The notes beneath the pieces are model-generated. The model saw nothing but the letters and a program-made list of their open reading frames with translations, was not told the DNA's origin and ran no database searches. Shown here in pieces: positions 36,952 through 50,943 of a DNA stretch of 64,000 nt (the stretch's first letter is position 1; each line of letters begins with the position of its first letter). The DNA comes from Owenia fusiformis. Taxonomy: Eukaryota. The stretch covers positions 39,432,001 to 39,496,000 of the forward strand of contig CAIIXF020000001.1 of NCBI GenBank assembly GCA_903813345.2, written 5' to 3'. Both the position numbers and the translations under genes were made by a program.

Positions 36952-38244
36952 ATATAGCCTAAATGATGGGTAGGATTTAAGGCATTTAAATGAAATGTCT
37001 AGTATGGTAGTCGTGAGTTATACTATGAGATGTACCATTTAAAAGATTTGGAAGAATATCTAGAGACTCAAACAATGGCAAGATCATTTTTGGAAAAACT
37101 TGTAAGCATCTTCACTTTCCAAGAAGGAACTTCTTTAACATGTTAATTCAATATACACACTTGTGATCAGGAATGAAATATAAGTGGTTACTACTAGAGA
37201 AAGGTGGATAAACGAATAAGTAAAAAATAATGATAAATACATGTACCTGACTTCAAAATTATATTTGAATCCAAATTTTTAAGTTGGACAACATCGAATC
37301 AGATTTCAATAAAGTGTTTTATGCATTACACAGGGCCTTTAAGTAGAGAAACTGCTTTAGGTATAACAATGGTAAACTGCTTTAAGGCCTCCTCACACAT
37401 GTATAAGGGCAGTCTTGCAGATTGAATAAATTGTCAATTCTGGCAATTGGGAACATAAACATGCAAACCGGGGTGCTACTTTGCGAATGCTTTCGAAGCC
37501 TTTCGAAAGGGTACTTCCTGATATGAACACTCCAATGATTTACAATGTAATATACTAATGGGAATGAATTTTACTTGAGACCTATTCGCCATGCCAGTAC
37601 AATCAAGTTGATGTCAGGGTTTTTTCATTTATATGTGAGCGACGCCTTTAATTAGGCATTATGATGGGCTTTTAGAAGAGAAACTGCTTTAGTCATTGCA
37701 ATAGACTAAAGAAATACCGTGAGGCATTACAATGGACCTTTGCTTTGGACATTACAGTAATTGACCTTTAAGAAGGGAAACCATTTTTTAAGATGCCTCG
37801 TCTTAATAAATCAAATAAGTGAGGGCAAGGTCATTGGAAGAATATGAAACACTGCTGTTGATTATAATGTTCTCGTAAATTACATGTACGTTCAATCACA
37901 CTCTATTGACAACCTATACAGAGCTACCTGACAAAATGTTGTTGAATAAAATGTTAAAGTCACCACACTTTGAAGTTATAATCATAGAAGAATGTAAAAA
38001 ATGAAAATTATTAAAACATTCATGATGGCCATCCTCTTATTAAACAATTGAAATCATGGACTTCAATTTCTTCAAGAAGATGTAATGTGAAATTGACATG
38101 AGATGGATTTATCATTTGAATACAGGCTGGTATGTCTGCTCTCATCATTATGTTCCACTTTAATTACATTAGCTATATTGATAGCAAGGACAAGACCATA
38201 CTCTGACCACCTACTTCACACCCTCAAGTGAATTTCTAATCATT

Positions 38245-38760
38245 ATCCCACGGAACGAAGTTTGAGGGGGATATACGTAAAAAAGCCATCCGTCTGTCTG
38301 TCCATTCCATTAACAGAATGTAATCTTTGATAACTCAAAAACCAGTGAATTGATTCGGCTCAAATCTCATATGCTGATGCCCAGAGACATGAGAGCTCAA
38401 CTCGAAAAGACATTTTCAAAATGGCTTCCAAATTTCAAAATGGGCACCACTTTTCATAAAAAATGTAATCTTTGATAACTCAAGTACCAGTGGGCGGATT
38501 TGGTTCAAATTGTAAATGCTGATGGCTTTAGATAAAGGAGCTTTGCTTGGGAAGTAATTTCCAAGATGGTACCTGAATTTCAAAATGGCTGCCATAAAAA
38601 ACATAATATTGTATTAGATAACTCAAATACCAGTTGATGGATTTGGTTCAAACTTTATATGCTGATTCCTTGGAACAATAAATAATTTTCAAGATGGCTG
38701 CATGCCATTCATCAAAACAGTTTTTGTTCTGTGGGATTTGCTACTCTGTGAAGTTGCTGT
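38245..38760 (+). mobile_element. Helentron-associated (HINE/DINE-1-like) element
   Basis: Sub-terminal IR ATCCCACGGAAC / GTTCTGTGGGAT, (GTCY)n microsatellite, ~145-bp internal repeats, short 3' stem-loop followed by a T-tract. Confidence 0.55.
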
Positions 38761-38930
38761 TTTCTACTTTTTCTTTTGATATGCTTCCTGTTAGATTGAC
38801 AAAGGTTGATACAGTGGGAGATGTTTATGGTTATTTGGCTGTAACTGTAAGGCTTCCCTTGCAAAGGATACTTCTTTAACTAGTTCACTGTTAGAGAATC
38901 TAGCTATTGTTCAATGCCATTTCAGATGTA

Positions 38931-39999
38931 CAGGGCGTTCATAAAGTTCTTGCAAAAGTACTCTAATTTTTTTGTTTCTGAATCAATCTGGCTGAAATTT
39001 TTACACAGTATACCTACACTATTCATACATTTGAATCTTGATTTATAGTGAATAGGTCATTGAAGATAAAAAGTTATAATTGCAAGAGTAACCTGAGTCG
39101 GGGGTAGGCGGAGCAGCATTGAAAAAAAGAAAAATTTAGATAAAAAATATGGGTTAGGGGTAACTTTAACATACTTTAAAGTATCCTTGAAAATACAAAA
39201 CAAGCCAATGTTGCCATTTTAACACTAGGTGATGTCATATGATGACATCATAGTTGAAATTTCTTTGATTCATGACATCACTCATGGTATCATAGTGACC
39301 TACATTGATTGATGATATCAAACTTTGTGAAAGGCAGCGTCAATTTTATTTTCGTGGAAATGGCTGCAAAATCAGCAAAAGATGATGATTTCCAATTACA
39401 AATAATCAGTAGCATTGGGATGTATGTTTTACTGGGAAATTCAAGAAAACAAACACTTGATGATATTCATGAGATTTTTTGGAAGTAAGCTATGGCCAAA
39501 AGAACCATTTACAAAATGGACTAAGACATTTACTGATGGTAGAACAAATGGTAAGGACAACGCTAGATCAGGCCGCCCAAGAACAAAATCCAGTGAGGAT
39601 CAGATGACGTTGATGAAAGCCATCCATACAAAGATCAATCGCAATCTGATTCCCCCATCTATTTGAGAAATGCTAAGTAAGACAGCAGAGGTGTATAGAC
39701 CACGATGGACACTATTTTGAACACCTATACTCTTGAGATTATTTAAATTATTTAAATAAATAGGACAAGTTAAAAACATTTTGAACATTCAAACAGAACA
39801 GATCCTTTTTTGCCTGCTCCGCCTACCCCTGACTGATATGACGATAGCAACCATAACTTTTTTTCTTCAAGGACCCATTAATTATAACTTAGGATCTCAA
39901 TGTATGAATAGTGTAGGTATACTGAGTGAAGATTTCAGCCAGATGGACTGAGATGCAAAAATTTTAAAGGACTTTTGCAAGAACTTTATGAACGCCCTG
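38931..39999 (+). mobile_element. Internally deleted mariner transposon
   Basis: TA|CAGGGCGTTCATAAAGTTCTTGCAAAAGT...TTTTGCAAGAACTTTATGAACGCCCTG|TA. Residual peptides KWTKTFTDGRTNGKDNARSGRPRT (HTH/GRPR region) and RQQRCIDHDGHYFEH (C-terminus) remain, with the DDD core missing. Confidence 0.88.
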
Positions 40000-40825
40000 T
40001 ATATACCTCTGGCCCCAACTCTATTCTGGTTTTCCAAACCTGGCCTTATATGATATTAGCTCATTTTGAAAAAAGAGAAATAGGTGTTGTCATTACAAAC
40101 TAATTTGCAAACATTGCAATATGATAGTTGTTCTAATCTGATTCCTCTTATATTAGTACCTACTTCAAATGTATACTTCATTGGGAGGTCTAAAAATTTT
40201 AATGAACATTAATAGGACTCTAATTAGAATTGTATACACAAGTCTGCAATTTCATTATTTAATGTACTTATGATACATGATTTTGACATACACTCAGTTT
40301 CATAACTGGTGTGTTCAAGTTTTTCTGTAACATGGATATTTTGTCAGATGGATACCCTTTCTTGTCAAAACCCTGCTACCTATTAAATGGCAGCATTAAT
40401 GATTTGGTCCATAACTTAATTGTTTTGTTGGGCTTTCATAATACATATTTGTGCTTTAGATCTATAGATCCTCTGGTTGTTTCTTATCACCCCTTCATAT
40501 CATGCACATGGGTCTATTTACGAAAAAATTCAAAACTTCATTTTTGTCTGAAATTTCATCTATAAAGCTATATCCAAGAAAAAATGAGCAATATTTTAGG
40601 CATTAACCTCATGGTAAGGATAAACTGTTGTGTAGTTATCAAGCTAACACAGTTAATGATGATCAACACAAACATCACAAAGGACTGGTATCAATATGGC
40701 GAACTGAATTCAATATTGTTTTTCTCTTAAACCAATTATTCAAAACATTCTGTAAAAACACAGTCCTTTATGTAATATATATTATATATAATTATATAAC
40801 ATTTTTTGTTCTTTAGTGCAATTTG

Positions 40826-42303
40826 TTTTTATGTCCCCACCACATAGTGTGGGGCCATATTGTTGGCCTAGGCGCGTCCGTCTGTCTGTCCGTCCGTACG
40901 TCCGGCAGTTTTCTCCAAAACCGCTACAGATATCACCTTCAAATTTTCAGGGATAACTTATGAGTGCATACAGATGTGGATGAAAAAAAATTAACTTGAT
41001 GTACTTCCTGTCAGCCATTTTGAAGTCAAATGCTAAAATCCTTGTCTGCAAACTTTAAGAAAAACGGCTTCACAGTTGCTTTTAAAACTTTAACATCTTG
41101 TTCAGCTCACTTCATTCTAGATCTGATTAGGTTTTGGACCTGTTAGCTCAGTCATGTCAGCCATTTTGAATGTTTTAAGAAAAGTTAACGCACGATAATA
41201 CTTTGTATCATATTGAATGGTGTTTTTCAGTTTTCATACTTTAACTTTTTAGTAGCTTTATAAATAATTTCAGGTGTACTTTGTTGTAAAAGCCTATGTT
41301 ATTGTTAACAGTAGTCATATGTGATAATTTTGTAAAAAGATTTCAGCAAAAACTCATGATCACTTTTTTATTGTCGGCCATTTTGGATTTTTCCATCCTA
41401 AAATCTTGTCTGTAAAGTCTTGTCTACGCGTTTTCAGGTGAACCGTTTGGTAGATAAATTTCAAATTTTAAGGGATGATTCTTAGTATGAGAATCTAGAT
41501 CTGATTAGTTTTTGGGCATTCTTGGTAAATGTCAAGGCAGCTATTTTGGATTTTCCGTCCTAAAATCTTGTCTGTAAAGTCTTGTCTACGCATTTTCAGG
41601 TGAACCGTGTGGTAGATCAATTTCAAATTTTCAGGGATGATTCTCAGTATGAAAATCTAGATAGGATTAGTTTTTTGGCATTCTGGATAAATGTCAAGGC
41701 AGCCATTTTGGATTTTCCGTCTTAAAATCTTGCCCGTAAAGTCTTGTCTACGCGTTTTTAGGTGAACCGTTTGGTAGATCAATTTTAAATTTTCAGGGAT
41801 GATTCTTAGTATGAAAATCTAGAACTGATTAGTTTTTGGGCATTCTGGGTAAATGTCAAGGCAGCCATTTTGGATTTTCTGTCCTAAAATCTCGTCTGTA
41901 AAGTCTTGTCTACACATGTGAACTGTTTGGTACATCAATTTCAAATTTTCAGGGATGATTCTTAGTATGAAAATCTAGAACAGATTAGTTTTTTTGCATT
42001 CTGGATAAATGTCAAGGCAGCCATTTTGGATTTTCTGTCCTCAAATCTTGTCTGTAAAGTCTTGTTTACTTGTTTTCTGGTTAACTGTGGGACGGATCAA
42101 TTTCTAATTTTTAGGGGTGGTTCTTAGTATGAAAATCTAGAACTGACTAATTTTTTGGCATTCTTGGTAAATTTTAAGGTTGCCATTTTGGATTTTCCGT
42201 CCTCAAATTGTGTCGGTAAAGTCTTGTCTACTCGTTTTTAGGATAACCATTTGACGGGATCACCCATAGGTGGGGACATATTGTACACATTTGTGTTCTT
42301 GTT
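40826..42303 (+). mobile_element. Helentron-associated (HINE/DINE-1/pearl-like) element carrying a ~162-bp tandem array
   Basis: T-tract, sub-TIR TATGTCCCCACC (40830) / GGTGGGGACATA (42269), 5' hairpin, (GTCC/GTCT)n, ~5.4 copies of a ~162-bp unit (41378-42260), 3' stem-loop ACACA-TT-TGTGT. Confidence 0.8.
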
Positions 42304-43344
42304 GTTCCTTTGTACCAATTCTTGAGAATGAAATACAATATCTTTCTGAACGTTGTTGAAACAAAATAGCAAATACAATATTTTCCTAGACCTCTCAATA
42401 TTATATAGTTATACAAAGGAAAGTTTGGTTTATTTAACAAAAAGTATTAAAAAAATTAAAACCAAAACCCCCAAAATAGATAGAAATAAAAGTATTTCAT
42501 TAACGATATACTTAAACATGTTGTGTATATGTCATTTTGTTCCAATGAGGTAAGGATAGATGTTTCATTTCATTCCGAACATATGATACCAGGAACAAAA
42601 TAAGTGTCTGATGTGTTCTCTAATATAACATAGAGAAAATATATATATTTTTTCAAATTAAGTTGTTACTTATATTCAAAAGATGATCATTGAATTGGCG
42701 ATGTGTAAAATTTTTTTGGCCCACCCTGTAATGTAATACTACATTTTAATCTTTACTGCATGCTGTAAACTCCCAATTTTTTATCCAATCTATACATAAT
42801 GCCTATAGACAAACCCATTTACTTTTAACAAAACCTTTACAAAAGGCCTCATCCCATAGCATCCAACAAAACCATATTTTCAATGTATTATACCATGTAA
42901 TGGTATATTGTATTAAATGTATGTAATATTACTGCTGAATAAAAAAAAGTACCATTAAAAGTCTAATCTGACATGCTGACAGCGTAATCATTCATTGTTT
43001 CCTACACGCCTACCTCATTTCAACTAATCAGCATTTAGTGTGCAATACTTGGATCGACATCTACATGACTCTCTATATCATATCGTCTACCATTTCTCCT
43101 CAGGGGATTCCTAAAGCTTGTTCCAACATGTTTTTTCAGCATGGAACATTATCATTTCATAGTCAATTATTCAGCACTTATTGATCAGCAGGTTTTTCTT
43201 AAGTGTAAAGTAGAGATGAGCAACTTGTTAGGTCAGCCTGACAGATGGGAGATAATCATTCTCTAAGTAATTGTAGTATTTTCCAATCCTTTCAACTATT
43301 TAATTACAAATTCAGTTAGAACAATATGATTAGATCTACAAATT

Positions 43345-43588
43345 CCATCCTTGGCCCAAGAGTAATTCATTGCATTACATGATCTGCTATGAAAGCAGTG
43401 AAGGACCGATCTTGAAGGATGGCCCACTTTGCTTAGGAATGCTTTGCTTTAAACTTTGACATATGGGGTTACTTTGGCATGGTGATATTTCAAACATGGG
43501 GCTATTTCGCCCATCCTTGGCCCAAGAGTAATTCATTGCATTACATGATCTGCTATGAAAGCATTGAAGAGCTGATCTTGAAGGATGA
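43345..43588. repeat. Two direct copies of a ~77-bp repeat; inverted copy near 35235-35337
   Basis: CCATCCTTGGCCCAAGAGTAATTCATTGCATTACATGATCTGCTATGAAAGCA...GATCTTGAAGGATG at 43345 and 43511. Confidence 0.75.
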
Positions 43589-45829
43589 CAAATTCACTCA
43601 CTTGTCTTTCATTTATTCACTTCACTCATTTTAATGAATACGTCAATGAGGTATTTTATTTTCTCATTTTTATTATCCATGAACTATTGAATATATCCTT
43701 ACAATGACTACATCAAACCTTTCAGTCAACCTTGTCAGAGTACCTGCCTCATTTCCATATTTAGGAAGATGGTACAGTGCTTCTATTTATTTATAACTTT
43801 TTTAAGTTCATCTTTCCAAATTCTATGGTAGATGAAGAATGTTCCTACAAAATAGTCCTAAGTCTTTATGCTAGATACTCATTTCCCCAAGTATAAGTTT
43901 CAACTCCCTGTTCATAGAATATTTACATTGTGTGGATTTTCACATTGTAAGCCTTGACTTTCTACTAGAAACAGGTTTCAAGATTAATTGTCTTCCAATA
44001 CAAACAATATAGGCTTATTATCAAATCAATTACAATACAGTTTTCAATGATATAGAGTATGATAAAATAAAGTAATAACAATTGTTTGAACTCAAGCAGG
44101 AGCAAATACAAGACAATAGAGGCATGTAGTATTGTATCCCAGAATTGTTTCCCAACATGATGCAAAACTCAAAAAATTATATCTATTTGGACAAAATGAT
44201 CAAGTCATTATAAAATATCAATATTTTAACAGTATACAAAAAAGGTTTTCAATCAGGTGCAAAATAATCTTCAGCACCAACCAGGCAAACAGTTGTTGTT
44301 AAGTCCCAGTGAGGGAGGGGGCAGTAAGTTATTATATTTACAGTAAAGGCTTCAATGCAGTATGCCATATCTTGTTCACCTGTTACTTTCATAAATACAA
44401 GCTGTACATTAGTTCTCCCTGTTCTGCCAAGAATGTTTGTTATATGGAGAGGAGTCTTAGTGTCTGCTCATAACAAGGTGAACCATTGACCATATTTTTT
44501 GTTTGTTAACAACGGTGTCCATATTGTTTTTTCTCTGGTCAAAGCTCTAAATATTTTTGATATATTTTCTGACCAACCCTGTATCAGAAAGGAAGAACTT
44601 CAAGACAGGATTTTTTCTCTTACCCTATACTGGCGGATCCAGACTAAAGCTAACAAATCTGAAAAATGGAAAAAGAATTTGGGCTCCTAAAATTAAGGCC
44701 CATTTTTGATAATATGGCTAAAAAGGCCTACAAAAGCCAAGTAATGGCCAAAAAGGCCCAATTATTGAGGCCCCTTAAAAACGTTGGACCAAAATATTTT
44801 TTCTGTGCCTACCCAAGGGGGGTAAGGGGGGGGAGGGGTTCCAGTGCCCTAAGTTCAAACTGTTTGCCAGTATTCACTATTCAGCTAGCTCTAGCGTATT
44901 TCTCTTTAAGTGGCTAGGTCCTCCAAAATCTAATGGCTGGCCCCTTTAGTAAGGCAATGATAAGATAGTTATTCTGGAAATGCAGTATCGCCAGTTTTGT
45001 TTATTGGTTATGATGTCCAGTAATATCGGTAGCTATAATAGGAATTTATGCTGCTTTGAACATGGCATTGCTATAAACTATTTGTCCAGAATGGTAAGAG
45101 AAAGAAAGCAAACCTAGTTGAAATGCTGCAGTGAATTGAATAAGACATTGTTACGCATGTTACAAGTAGAGAATAAGACATTAATTGAATTGACCCAAAA
45201 GAAAATAGAAAAGAATGTAAAGAAGGATTTAGAGAATGTGCCTGGGCTGAATGCCAAAAGATGTCCATGTGTTCAGACATGGGCTTTATATTGAATGTCC
45301 ATGGTTCAGAGTATAACTTAACTTTCATATTTCATAAATATATGCCCTATGGGTATAGAAGCTCTGCATGAAAGTGAATTCGAAATTGGTTCCTGGTTCA
45401 AATTGGTCCCTGCTTTCATAATAATTACCAATCTCTTGACTTAAACTGCTTGTAAAAACAAAAATGATGGTTTTAATTACCCTCTTGATAGTCTACATTA
45501 AGCTAAGATAATCTGCAAAGAGACCAAATCACAAAACATTGTTATCTCTCATATCATTCTCCACTATGTTAATACCTGCCAGCAGCTGAACCAAATTACC
45601 TTTTATCTTCATGACCCTTCTTTAAGTATCTATATAGTGAAATTCTAAATTATTTTTAACATCTTAAATATATCCCATATATACCAATTCAAGCAACATT
45701 TTACAGATACCAATCTTCATATTAGTAGAATATAGCAATAGGACAATTTTGTGATTTCTGATTCATTACATATCACCCTTATGTATCTTTCATATGGTGT
45801 CACATTTATTTATTAATATATATCAAGTA

Positions 45830-46392
45830 CACTCCCCTCCATAAGTTTGGCAACCTTTTTTCCCCCATTGAACTACGTGTTAAAGCCTCTTTACCTTTGA
45901 ATTTTTATTTACCTAACCTGCCATGGAAATACTTATACTATTGATGGAAACGTAATTTGACTTTAATTCCAATACCTCCAAATTTTCTCAATTTTTTTCC
46001 TCAATTACAATAGGTCGAAAATTGATGATAAACACTTAGTGTTCAAAAAAGTAAGACAATTCAATTTTCTATATAAAAATATTTTTTGCTGAACCTTTTA
46101 CTGAAAAGATATCCTGATTTCTGATTTGCCCCGAACCCTCCATTTCCCATTGGATTACATGGGAATGACGATTTTCAAAAATTCATCAAATCTATCATCA
46201 ATTTTCGACCTATTGTAATTAAGGAAAAAAATTGAGAAAATTTGGAGGTATTGGAAATAAAGTCAAGTTACGTTTCCATCAATATTATAAGTTATTTCAT
46301 CGCCGGTGAAGTAAATAAAAATTCAAACGTAAAGAGGCTTTAACACGTAGTTCAATGGGGAAAAAAGGTTGCCAAACTTATGGAGGGGAGTG
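45830..46392. mobile_element. 563-bp Tc1/mariner-type MITE with ~190-bp TIRs
   Basis: TA|CACTCCCCTCCATAAGTTTGGCAACC...GGTTGCCAAACTTATGGAGGGGAGTG|TA. Confidence 0.88.
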
Positions 46393-47156
46393 TAAATATT
46401 GAAAATAGTGTTATTGTAAAATGGTCATCAAACACACCTGATAACAATTTAACATAGGAAAGCCTTAGATTAAAAGATTATGTATGTTTATATTCCATAG
46501 ATACTAGGATTTAGAGGGATATACATATAATAGAGAAAACCTTTAATAGGGAAAAATGTATTGAATCATATTCACTGGGAAAATGTATATCATATTCTTC
46601 ATCGGGAGAAAATTAATGAGAACATTTTCACTAAGAAAATTTGATTTTATTATTTCTCTACACCAGGTACTACATATACATACCCATTCTCTGATTGGTC
46701 TATAAATAGAGGTTATTTAATGGGAGGGATGGGATATGAATTTTATTCTGAGGGAAAATATGATATAGGCCAAGGAAAATACTATATTGACCGAGGGCAA
46801 TAGTTTCGATATGATATTTTCTGAGGCCAATAGCAAATTTTCTCGAGGAAAAAATCATTGTGACCATCAATTACCTATTTATTCCAGAATATGTTTTCTG
46901 AAACTTATTCATTTTCAAGTTTGATTTCCGATCACCCAATGATGGTGACAGAAATGATACAATTTGATTTATCATATAACATTTTCAACTTTTATGAACA
47001 AGTTTTAAGATAGAATAAAAACGTAAAAATCAAAAGAAGTCCTCAGAAATAGTTCAGATACGGGATCTGATATGGGAATTTGGCTGATATGGAATTTGAT
47101 GCAGGATTTTCTGAATATCAATTCTATTCCCTGATGAGGGAATGCAACTGTTTTTT

Positions 47157-48300
47157 TTCCAATGGACAATGTTGATCAGTTGAGTTATGATGAAACATGA
47201 TGTTCATAATACAAACAACCATTGTCTTTTCCCAATAAGATATGAGAAACTGAAGCAAGTTTCCAATGGACAATGTTGATCAGTTGAGTTATGATGAAAC
47301 ATAATGTTCATAATACAAACAACCATTGTCTTTTCCCAATAAGATATGAGAAACTGAAGCAAGTTTCCAATGGACAATGTTGATCAGTTGAGTTATGATG
47401 AAACATGATGTTCATAATACAAACAACCATTGTCTTTTCCCAATAAGATATGAGAAACTGAAGCAAGTTTCCAATGGACAATGTTGATCAGTTGAGTTAT
47501 GATGAAACATGATGTTCATAATACAAACAACCATTGTCTTTTCCCAATAAGATATGAGAAACTGAAGCAAGTTTCCAATGGACAATGTTGATCAGTTGAG
47601 TTATGATGAAACATGATGTTCATAATACAAACAACCATTGTCTTTTCCCAATAAGATATGAGAAACTGAAGCAAGTTTCCAATGGACAATGTTGATCAGT
47701 TGAGTTATGATGAAACATGATGTTCATAATACAAACAACCATTGTCTTTTCCCAATAAGATATGAGAAACTGAAGCAAGTTTCCAATGGACAATGTTGAT
47801 CAGTTGAGTTATGATGAAACATGATGTTCATAATACAAACAACCATTGTCTTTTCCCAATAAGATATGAGAAACTGAAGCAAGTTTCCAATGGACAATGT
47901 TGATCAGTTGAGTTATGATGAAACATGATGTTCATAATACAAACAACCATTGTCTTTTCCCAATAAGATATGAGAAACTGAAGCAAGTTTCCAATGGACA
48001 ATGTTGATCAGTTGAGTTATGATGAAACATAATGTTCATAATACAAACAACCATTGTCTTTTCCCAATAAGATATGAGAAACTGAAGCAAGTTTCCAATG
48101 GACAATGTTGATCAGTTGAGTTATGATGAAACATAATGTTCATAATACAAAAAACCATTGTCTTTTCCCAATAAGATATGAGAAACTGAAGCAAGTTTCC
48201 AATGGACAATGTTGATCAGTTGAGTTATGATGAAACATGATGTTCATAATACAAACAACCATTGTCTTTTCCCAATAAGATATGAGAAACTGAAGCAAGT
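47157..48300. repeat. 11 x 104-bp near-identical tandem array
   Basis: Unit TTCCAATGGACAATGTTGATCAG...GAGAAACTGAAGCAAGT with exact 104-bp period. Only CATGATG/CATAATG and one C>A variant were seen. Confidence 0.97.
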
Positions 48301-49516
48301 TAAGATGTCTAGGTCAAGGTACTGTTCTTATTGAATCTTTATTTCAAGTTTTTAGTTAATGAGACAGTTATTTCTCCAATTCCAGGCTATATATCTTATC
48401 AAACGAGCCATTTTTCTAAAGCTGCAGTGACTTTATTACCCATTATAGCGAAACAACTAAATAAATAAAATGACAACAATACGACAGCATACCTGGAGTT
48501 CCATTGTATTTTGGGATTCACCTTCAAACATTCCTCATGGGTTCATGTATCTATTTTTGTGTTTCTGAGATAACTGTTAGGCTGTCAATAGTTCTGTACC
48601 TGGTATCTTTCAACATGCTAAGAGCTGACGTTTAACACATATAGACCGAATGTTAGGTCTCGATCATGTGAAACATCGTCTCTGTCAAGGCTAAGTAATT
48701 TTTTATCATCTTCGATATTATCCAACTAATGTAATTGATTCATGATTTAATTGTCTAAATTTTGATTGATTGTTGTTATTGTTGTTTGTTGTTTGGTTTA
48801 CTGAAGTTTGTTTTTATTGTTTTTTGAGGAGAACATAAATGTTTTGCAACAAGGTCGATTCTTGAAATGGCCACACATTTTGTCAAATACATATACATTG
48901 TAGTTGAGGATTCTGTTTACATTTACATATATGTACATTATATTTACATGTGTATATGTATTTTAAAATATTAACTTCTAGAAAATATTTTCAATTTGTT
49001 CAATAAGTGCGTAGCATGTGAAGGTGTTGTTTGCCACGATAAGCTGATGGATGGTTGTGTCATTGACCTAAGGGTGTATATGCCTGGTATGTCATGTACA
49101 ACCTAAATGTCATTTAGGGGACATTTATGAGGAAGTTGGCTAATATACTGTAGCAAGATAGCCTACCTGTGAGGATATAATTTGTTATTTCTAGTTAGCT
49201 ATGTTATTACAGGTACAAGTCATAAAATGTGTTCTGGTTTTCAAATAAAGGTCCCCGGCAAATTGTACTGCTGATTTCAGACTTACTTTAACTGTGTTTT
49301 TTTCATTTCTTAGATTATCTGTTTATTGTATGTCCTGGAAAGAATGTAGTTTATGAACCTTTACATGTTTTGAGAATTTTTGCAATTTTCATCTGAATTT
49401 TAGTGAATTATTAGATATGCCCTTTTCTTATTGTGGGATATCAAACACTGATATGAAATGTGGCCGACCCAAAGTAATATAGTATGAAAAAGCCATCTTC
49501 CACTTATATCCCCCTC

Positions 49517-50943
49517 ACAATCTGAACAAACCTGGTTTGCACAAATACCCTACTTACTACCTGAACACACTGCACACATTCTCCTCACAACCTGAACACA
49601 CTGCACACATTCTCCTCACAACCTGAACACAATACACACATTCTCCTAACCTGAACACAATACACACATTCTCCTCATAACCTGAACACAATACACACAT
49701 TCTCCTCATAGCCTGAACACAATACACACATTCTCCTTACAACCTGAACACAATACACACATTCTCCTCATAGCCTGAACACAATACACACATTCTCCTC
49801 ACAACCTGAACACCATACACACATTCTCCTCACAACCAGAACACACTGCACAAATCCCCTCACAACCTGAGCACACAACACATATTCTCCTTACAACCTG
49901 AACACACTGTACACATTCTCCTCATAACCTGAGCACACGACACACATTCTCCTCACAACCAGAACACACTGCACATATCCCCCTCACAACCTGAGCACAC
50001 GACACACATTCTCCTTACAACCTGAACACACTGCACACATTCTCCTCACAACCTGAACACACTGCACACATTCTCCTCACAACCTGAACACACTGCACAC
50101 ATTCCCTTTACAACCTGAACACACTGCACACATTGACCTCACAACCTGAACACACTACACACATTCTCCTCACAACCTGAACACAATACACACATTCTCC
50201 TCATAACCTGAACACAATACACACATTCTCCTCACAACCTGAACACAATACACACATTCTCCTCTCAACCAGAACACACTGCACATATCCCCCTCACAAC
50301 CTGAACACACGACACACATTCTCCTTACAACCTGAACATACTGCACACATTCTCCTCACAACCTGAGCACACGACACACATTCTCCTTACAACCTGGACA
50401 CACTGCACACATTCTCCTCACAACCTGAACACACTGCACACATTCTCCTCACAACCAGAACACACAGCACATCACTTTTACAACCTGGATACACTGCACA
50501 CATTAAATCCCTCTTAATCTGAACTCACTGCACACATTTTCCTCACAACCTGAACACACTGCACATATTCCCTCTCATAACCTGAACACACAGCACACAT
50601 TCCCCTTACAACCTGAACACACAGCACACATTCCCCTTACAACCTGGACACACTGCACACATTCTCCTCACAACCTGAACACAATACACACATTTCCTCA
50701 CAACCTGAACACACTGTACACATTCCCCTTACAACCTGAACACACAGCACACATTCCCCTTACAACCTGGACACACTGCACACATTCTCCTCACAACCTG
50801 AACACAATACACACATTTCCTCACAACCTGAACACACTGTACACATTCCCCTTACAACCTGAACACCCTGCACAAATTCCCCTTGCAACTTGAACAAACC
50901 TTACTTTCTATCCAAATACACCACGCCCTCACAACCTGAACAC
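49517..50943. repeat. ~31-bp C/A-rich minisatellite, ~45 copies
   Basis: Unit ACAACCTGAACACACTGCACACATTCTCCTC with variants. Confidence 0.95.

Noticed and set aside
47157..50943. CRISPR-like interpretation of the 104-bp and 31-bp arrays
   Set aside because: Units are contiguous with no unique spacers, there are no cas genes, and the context is eukaryotic.
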